Below, piece after piece: positions 37,808-43,089 of a stretch of 43,089 nucleotides of DNA. Position 1 is the stretch's first letter, and each line of letters opens with the position of its first letter. Origin of the DNA: Trichomonas gallinae (lineage: Eukaryota); NCBI GenBank assembly GCA_008369845.1, contig MRSU01011094.1:1-43089 (forward strand), written 5' to 3'. The translations under genes and the position numbers were made by a program. Under the pieces are notes generated by a model. The model saw nothing but the letters and a program-made list of their open reading frames with translations. It was not told where the DNA came from and ran no database searches.

Positions 37808-38194
37808 ATGCAAGAAGTTCAGGTAATGTACGATCCCGACGATTTACTCTTTACATATCAAATGTGCTATTCAGATGCAAAGCGCCATAAGAAAGAGAAC
37901 TATTCTCGCAATACTTTTATCATTGCATCACAACAACAATATAAGTTAAAGAATAAGTCATCATCATCAAAGCAACAGCGCAGGCGATACAAAGTCGAAC
38001 CAAGGAAAGCAGTTCTCCACTACCAACCAAAGATTGAATCATCAGCCCCACAATCACCGGCTCCATATGTTGTTCCAGAGCCAGTGATTGTTACACCACA
38101 GCAACCAGTATTACGTAACTTCGAAAATCACATTCCTTGTGCTTTTTCGATTATCAGAAGAGGCAACCTTCCTTCATTCGATATGCCATTGTAA
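37808..38194 (+). CDS. Hypothetical small basic/Pro-rich protein (128 aa)
   Basis: Clean ORF, visibly more GC-rich than its flanks, with basic NLS-like stretches (KRHKK, KQQRRRYK) and a structured upstream region. Confidence 0.65.
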   Translation: MQEVQVMYDPDDLLFTYQMCYSDAKRHKKENYSRNTFIIASQQQYKLKNKSSSSKQQRRRYKVEPRKAVLHYQPKIESSAPQSPAPYVVPEPVIVTPQQPVLRNFENHIPCAFSIIRRGNLPSFDMPL

Positions 38195-39779
38195 GCATTT
38201 ACAAGTACTCATATAGATCTAATTTTATATTGTTTGTATGAAATAAATTACATAATTCTATCATTCTATTTATTTTACCTTTTCTTTCATGTTTTATGGT
38301 TTGCATTCTATTTAAAAGGATTTTCAAAGTTCAATTGTACTTTTTTTTTCATGTTAAATGCATTGCTTATTTTATCAAAGAACAATATAATTCTTTTTGT
38401 AAAGAATGCATCGAGTAGTCATATACTATATACATCATATAGGATATTTACAATTGAAAATAGGCTATTTTTGCATCTTTTTCAACTGATTTTATTCGAT
38501 TTTTGTTATAACTGATAAAATAAGCTCTTTATAAACTATTAAACTATTTGCAACAGTCTTGAAAACTTTACTCAGATCAAACCTTTTATACTGTCACTTT
38601 TTGAAATCTGACAATGTAAACTATCACTTATATTTTGACAATCTGACAATTGACGCTTTACAAAGTCAGATTTTCTAAAAAGTGGACAATTCATTTCAAA
38701 AAATAGTCAATATTCGCATATTCGTTTTCGAAGTTAATAACGCGATTTTGATTCAGAGTAACAACTCTTTTATATTAATTTTTATTATGATTACAGGTAT
38801 TTTGTTCTATTTTTGTTCTACTCTTTTCACATTCAGAACATTTATTAGTTTCTGAAAGATCTGTTTAAATATTGCATTTCCTATATCTTCTGAACTGAAT
38901 TATTTAAATATAAAATTCCACGAATGAAAATTAATTTATGAAATGCAAAATAACGTTTTCAAAAGAATGGATTCAAAAAGATGCTAAAAAAAAAAAAAAA
39001 AACATAAAAATCATTTTCGAAAATTGTTTGATTTTTTAAAAGTTGAAATGATAACTAATAAAACTATCAAACATTTATCATTTTTACGACAAATTTATTT
39101 TCATGATTAACCTTATTAATTATGAAAAATAAGGAAATATCATAATAATGCATATTAATGGATATTCTATAAATATTATATTTTTGGTTCTTTGGTCACT
39201 TCAATTTTTTTTTTATATATATTTTTCCACCTGTTTGTTTCCTTGGTCAAAACAAAGCTTCTAATATAAATATAAGAAAACAAAACCCTGTAAGGATATA
39301 GTAGATAGACTAACAAGCTAATTTGAAAAATAAAAACTCTCGAATTTGGTAAATATTATATTTTTGACAGTTATTTATGAGCTTGTTAATAAGCACACTC
39401 TATATATTGTTTCTGCAATATGATGATAATTCGAATTTAAAATTCATTCAAAAAAACGATGAATAAACGGTTGTTGTATTGTATTGATTTTTATGAATAT
39501 AAATAAACCATATACCCTTGTTTTCTTTTATTTTTACAGGATCTGACAACTTTTCAAAAAGATTGATTTGTTTTTTATTTTTCATGCTATTTGAATGTTT
39601 ATAATGATTTTGTTTCGCAGCACAATTTTTGAGAGAGAACCTTTTGAAAATATTTAAAAGCAATTGTCCTGTTAAAAACAATGATTATGATGTTCCCAAT
39701 CGAAAAAGAAAAATGGGATTTTTTAAAAAAATCCCACTGCGTTCAATTCGTTTTTGAAACTATTAACAAATCATTATAT

Positions 39780-40259
39780 ATGCCAAATCGTTCCCATGTA
39801 CGATCTAAAAAGAACATACCACGTAAGTTTCTTTCTGAGGAGGAAAAAAGACAGATTATAGAGTATTATGCGTCTGGTTTAGACACTATTGCAATTGCTG
39901 AAAAAATCAATCACAGCAAGCGGCAAGTGAAGGAGTTCATAAAAAACTACGTGCACCAGACAGAAAACAACTTCACACGTGATGAAGACAAAAAGATTCT
40001 TGAGATCTTGCAATTCGGTATATCATCACCAAGTGTTATAGCAAAAAATCTTCCAGGCAAAACAACATGGATGGTTAGAAATAGAATAAAATTCTATTTA
40101 AGGAGGTTTAACAACATAGATGATATTGATATTGACTTCTTTCTTGATGGAATTCATCGTGTTAAGGATGAAATAACTGAATTTAATGCTTGGAATCCTG
40201 AAGATACTTTCATGATGCCTGAGACAATTCCAATCGATGATTATTACTTTGATTTGTAA
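39780..40259 (+). CDS. Divergent two-repeat Myb/SANT-like DNA-binding protein
   Basis: KFLSEEEKRQII...IAEKINHSKRQVKEFIKNYV and NFTRDEDKKIL...IAKNLPGKTTWMVRNRIKFYL. TCATT at 39771 supports the ATG at 39780 rather than 39681. Confidence 0.8.
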   Translation: MPNRSHVRSKKNIPRKFLSEEEKRQIIEYYASGLDTIAIAEKINHSKRQVKEFIKNYVHQTENNFTRDEDKKILEILQFGISSPSVIAKNLPGKTTWMVRNRIKFYLRRFNNIDDIDIDFFLDGIHRVKDEITEFNAWNPEDTFMMPETIPIDDYYFDL

Positions 40260-40879
40260 ATGCTGTTATTTACCTCAACTATTTTTATTTACCAGTTCTA
40301 TTCATAAAACATTAGCATGCAGTATTATATCACTATTAGATGAAAAACATGGAATTTTAATTTAGTATTATGTATATAAAATAAAAAAATATAAAGTCGT
40401 TTTTTACTCAATATATGGTTGCGATGTGATTCATCTGGGGAAAATATAACGAAAGGATTCATATCAGAACATAAAAATTGTACCAATATTCCAATTAATG
40501 AATAAAAATGAAATGATATGTTTTCTATAATTTTAAATTCATCGATTAAATTTCATCATGATATCTTGAAATTATATAGATTTGTTCTCACATATTAAGC
40601 ACATTCGCGAATAGAATATTGTAATATTTCATGATTAATGAAAATAAAAATGCTACATTTTCTGAAGCTAGGAAAAAAAAAAAAAAAAAACGATGATAAA
40701 AAAATAAAGATAGAAAAGTGACATATGAAAGCTACAGTCTAAATCAAAATTTGATTTAGTTGTTATAAAAATATTTTCTTTTATTAGTTAGATATATTTT
40801 TACTAGAGATTTCAATTATTACGCCTGTAATTTGGTGTAATTCTCATTCAATTTATAACCTTAATTCATAAAAAGTTTT

Positions 40880-41839
40880 ATGGAATAAAATTTTTATCAC
40901 GAACATTCATAGACAATCAATTTTGACTATTCAGGAAGTACAGTTTCTAAGACTCTATCAATTGGTACGTACAAATTTAGGCTTTGGGGCGCTCAGGGAG
41001 GATTTGTTACAAATACTTCTTCCGGATTAGGTTCATACAGTGAAGGACTATTTAGATGTAATAAAGATACTACCATATATGCATATGTTGGTGGGAAAGG
41101 CAATTGCTATTCATTTTCTAAACAATCAACGCAATTTGGCGGAGGTTCTAATGCAATTGGCGTTGAAAACGATATATCATGCATTGGAGGAGAAGCAACA
41201 TTTATATACCTAGAAAATAACCCTCAAAATCTCCTAATTGTCGCTGGAGCAGGGGGTGGATCTGGAATGTGGACCAGAAACACATTCAACAATATCCATG
41301 AGTTCTCTGGAGGTTACGGAGGTCAAATTGCTGGAATAGCAATGGGAAACGAGTTAACTCCAAAGCTGAATGTGTCTGGAAAAGGTGCAACAATTAATTC
41401 CCCTGGAAAAGGTGGTTTTTACTATGCGTGGAACTGTTATCAAACTGTCACCTGTCAAGCAGAGGACGGAAAATTTTTGAAAGGTGGCAATGCATGTTCC
41501 AGCGCTAAAGGGTCGAGTGGGGGAGGAGGGTCTGGGTACTATGGAGGTGGTGGAGGTGCGGATGTGGCTGGTGGAGGGGGTGGAAGTAGTTTTGCATCTT
41601 CTCTCATGAAAAATTCGATTTTGATGAACGGAAACATGATTTTTGAAAGTCCAACAAGAGAAGCAGAAAGAGGTCATCAAGGTGATGGATTTATTGTTAT
41701 AGAAGAAGTAAAAGAAGAGATTAAGCTATATAATTCGTGTGAAAACAAAAATAAATTTACGAATTGTGAAAGTTATGCATTGATTGATATTATGATTAGA
41801 TTAGGACCATCATTATTTATGTCTCCAGTATATGAATGA
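40880..41839 (+). pseudogene. Glycine-rich domain gene (ALK/LTK-type GRD family) with two premature stops near the 5' end
   Basis: One frame runs ME*NFYHEHS*TINFDYSG...GTYKFRLWGAQGG...GLGSYSEG...YAYVGGKG...GGEAT...LIVAGAGGGSG into the 41267 ORF (GGGGSGYYGGGGG...GGGGSSF...GDGFIVI). TAA at 40886-88, TAG at 40910-12, TCATA at 40866. Confidence 0.75.
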
Positions 41840-42540
41840 TGAATAAAACTTCCTGAAAATGTTTGAAATAAATTAACATTTTTTAATTTTTGTTTCGACA
41901 TATAAATTATAGATGTTAACATAAATTTTTAAAGAAATTTATGGTTTATATTGGACATTTGGCATGTTTTAGCTAATACAAAAACGAATCTGATCAATTT
42001 TACAAATTTAACTGGAATGAGTTATAGAAAATGCTGTTTTCCTAGAATGTTAGTATAAGTATATAAGTCACATCTGATAATAATTCATATTGCAAATTTT
42101 GAATTGAAAAAATCTCTTAATAAAGCTTATATATATAATGCAATGATAAATAAAATAGCATATATTTGTTTTTTTATTCCAAAATGAGTTTCAATCATAA
42201 TTAAGTTTCAAAATTTATTTGCAATCATAACCGTTATGAATTCCCAAATCGATATTTTCCACTACTGATATAATGTTAAAATTTTGATTTCAGTTGAGTT
42301 ACATTAATGATCGAATTCAACTTTTTTCTTTTAATTTTACGAGTTGCCTCAATGAAAAAAACTTGTTTAATTCCATATAAAGTAATGATTTATGGTGGAT
42401 AAATGATAATCTTGAAATTGAATTCACTCGTAATTCAATTAAAATTTTGACAAAAATTGCTTCTTGATTTCTTTCTTCATTTATTATAAATACGCGGTTC
42501 TTTTTAGCAGCGTATCAATCATTGGATAGCGTTGCATTGA

Positions 42541-42840
42541 ATGACTACTTCCCAAGTTCACCATACACAGAATATTTCAAGCCTTTCTTTTTACAATGTA
42601 GAGTCTTGTGTTGCTTCAGATACAAGAATTGCGTATTTTGGAATTGGTCAGCATTTTATGAAATGTGGAAGTTTCATAAACAGTTCGCAAGTAAATGAAA
42701 TGGATGAAATCATTCAATGCGAAATCCATGGCTCGAACAAATTGCTTTCATCCTAAATTCAGGACCATGTCCATTATATAATGTAATAGATAACTCAGCT
42801 TTAACAGTAACTAACTGCAAATACATGTGGAATAATCTTT
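42541..42840 (+). pseudogene. Degraded fragment of an Asn/Cys-rich beta-helix-like surface protein family
   Basis: SLSFYNVESCVASDTRIAYFGIGQHFMKCGSFINSSQ..., then after a frameshift LEQIAFILNSGPCPLYNVIDNSALTVTNC. Similar in style to the ectodomain of 13914-15713; no intact start or anchor. Confidence 0.35.
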
Positions 42841-43089
42841 TCAATTGAAAGATTTCTATTGTTGCCACCTCTAAAAATGATAAGGAATAAAATTCATTAT
42901 TTCGTTAAAAATGATTTTGAGAGGAAAAATTATTTTTAACGAACCTGCTTAATCTCGCAATTTTAACAATTATTTGGTGAAAATAAAATCATTGGAAAAC
43001 CTCGAATTTTGAATATAGTCAGAAGAAAAAATGGCAAACGCGGGAAAAATAGGCAAACGCTACCTTAGAAGCATAATAGAGCCCCCAAA

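Noticed and set aside
38234..39681. F/L/I/K/N-rich ORFs 38234-38515 and 39448-39681 (also 16716-16907, 21836-22126, 37500-37739)
   Set aside because: Their composition simply reflects AT-rich intergenic DNA, with no domain signal.
40880..40912. TAA/TAG reassigned to Gln (non-canonical genetic code)
   Set aside because: Most intact genes in the window end in TAA and contain no internal TAR, so the standard code applies.
43033..43060. ggcaaacgc repeated twice at the window end
   Set aside because: Too short and too close to the window edge to interpret.
1..43089. CRISPR arrays, tRNA/rRNA genes, intact transposases, spliceosomal introns
   Set aside because: I saw no repeat-spacer array, cloverleaf or rRNA signature, DDE ORF, or trichomonad ACTAACACACAG intron end. 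This was by eye only; tRNAscan-SE and Infernal were not run.

Overview
AT-rich, intronless, gene-dense eukaryotic DNA, most consistent with a trichomonad (Trichomonas vaginalis-like). Evidence: TCA(C/T)(T/A) Inr-like elements just upstream of several ATGs, TAAA overlapping several stop codons, an arginine deiminase with an ML...R hydrogenosomal-type presequence, and typical ankyrin, Myb and glycine-rich family members. The window holds about 19 protein-coding genes. They include a partial Rab GGTase alpha, a Trx-like secreted protein, a Qc-SNARE, a SAPS-like protein, AND-1/Ctf4, a Rad23-like protein, Sec7-PH, a TPxx-repeat surface protein, a TPR tail-anchored protein, an ankyrin protein, ADI, an Akt-like kinase, a NagZ-type GH3, a TBC RabGAP, a C1orf109-like protein, a TRAPPC10-like protein, a long coiled-coil protein and a Myb. 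There are also several decayed ORFs and two copies of a ~270-bp dispersed element. The main unexplained signal is a recurrent 11-bp intergenic motif, TTTAC(A/G/T)(T/C)G(T/A)CA, found in phased clusters (mostly 19-21 bp apart) upstream of most genes. Other highlights are apparent pseudo-enzymes (ADI Cys to Ser, Sec7 Glu to Asn) and a strong ~68-nt hairpin upstream of the SNARE. All family calls are by eye; no database search was run. Many ORF-track starts were trimmed to the first plausible ATG.
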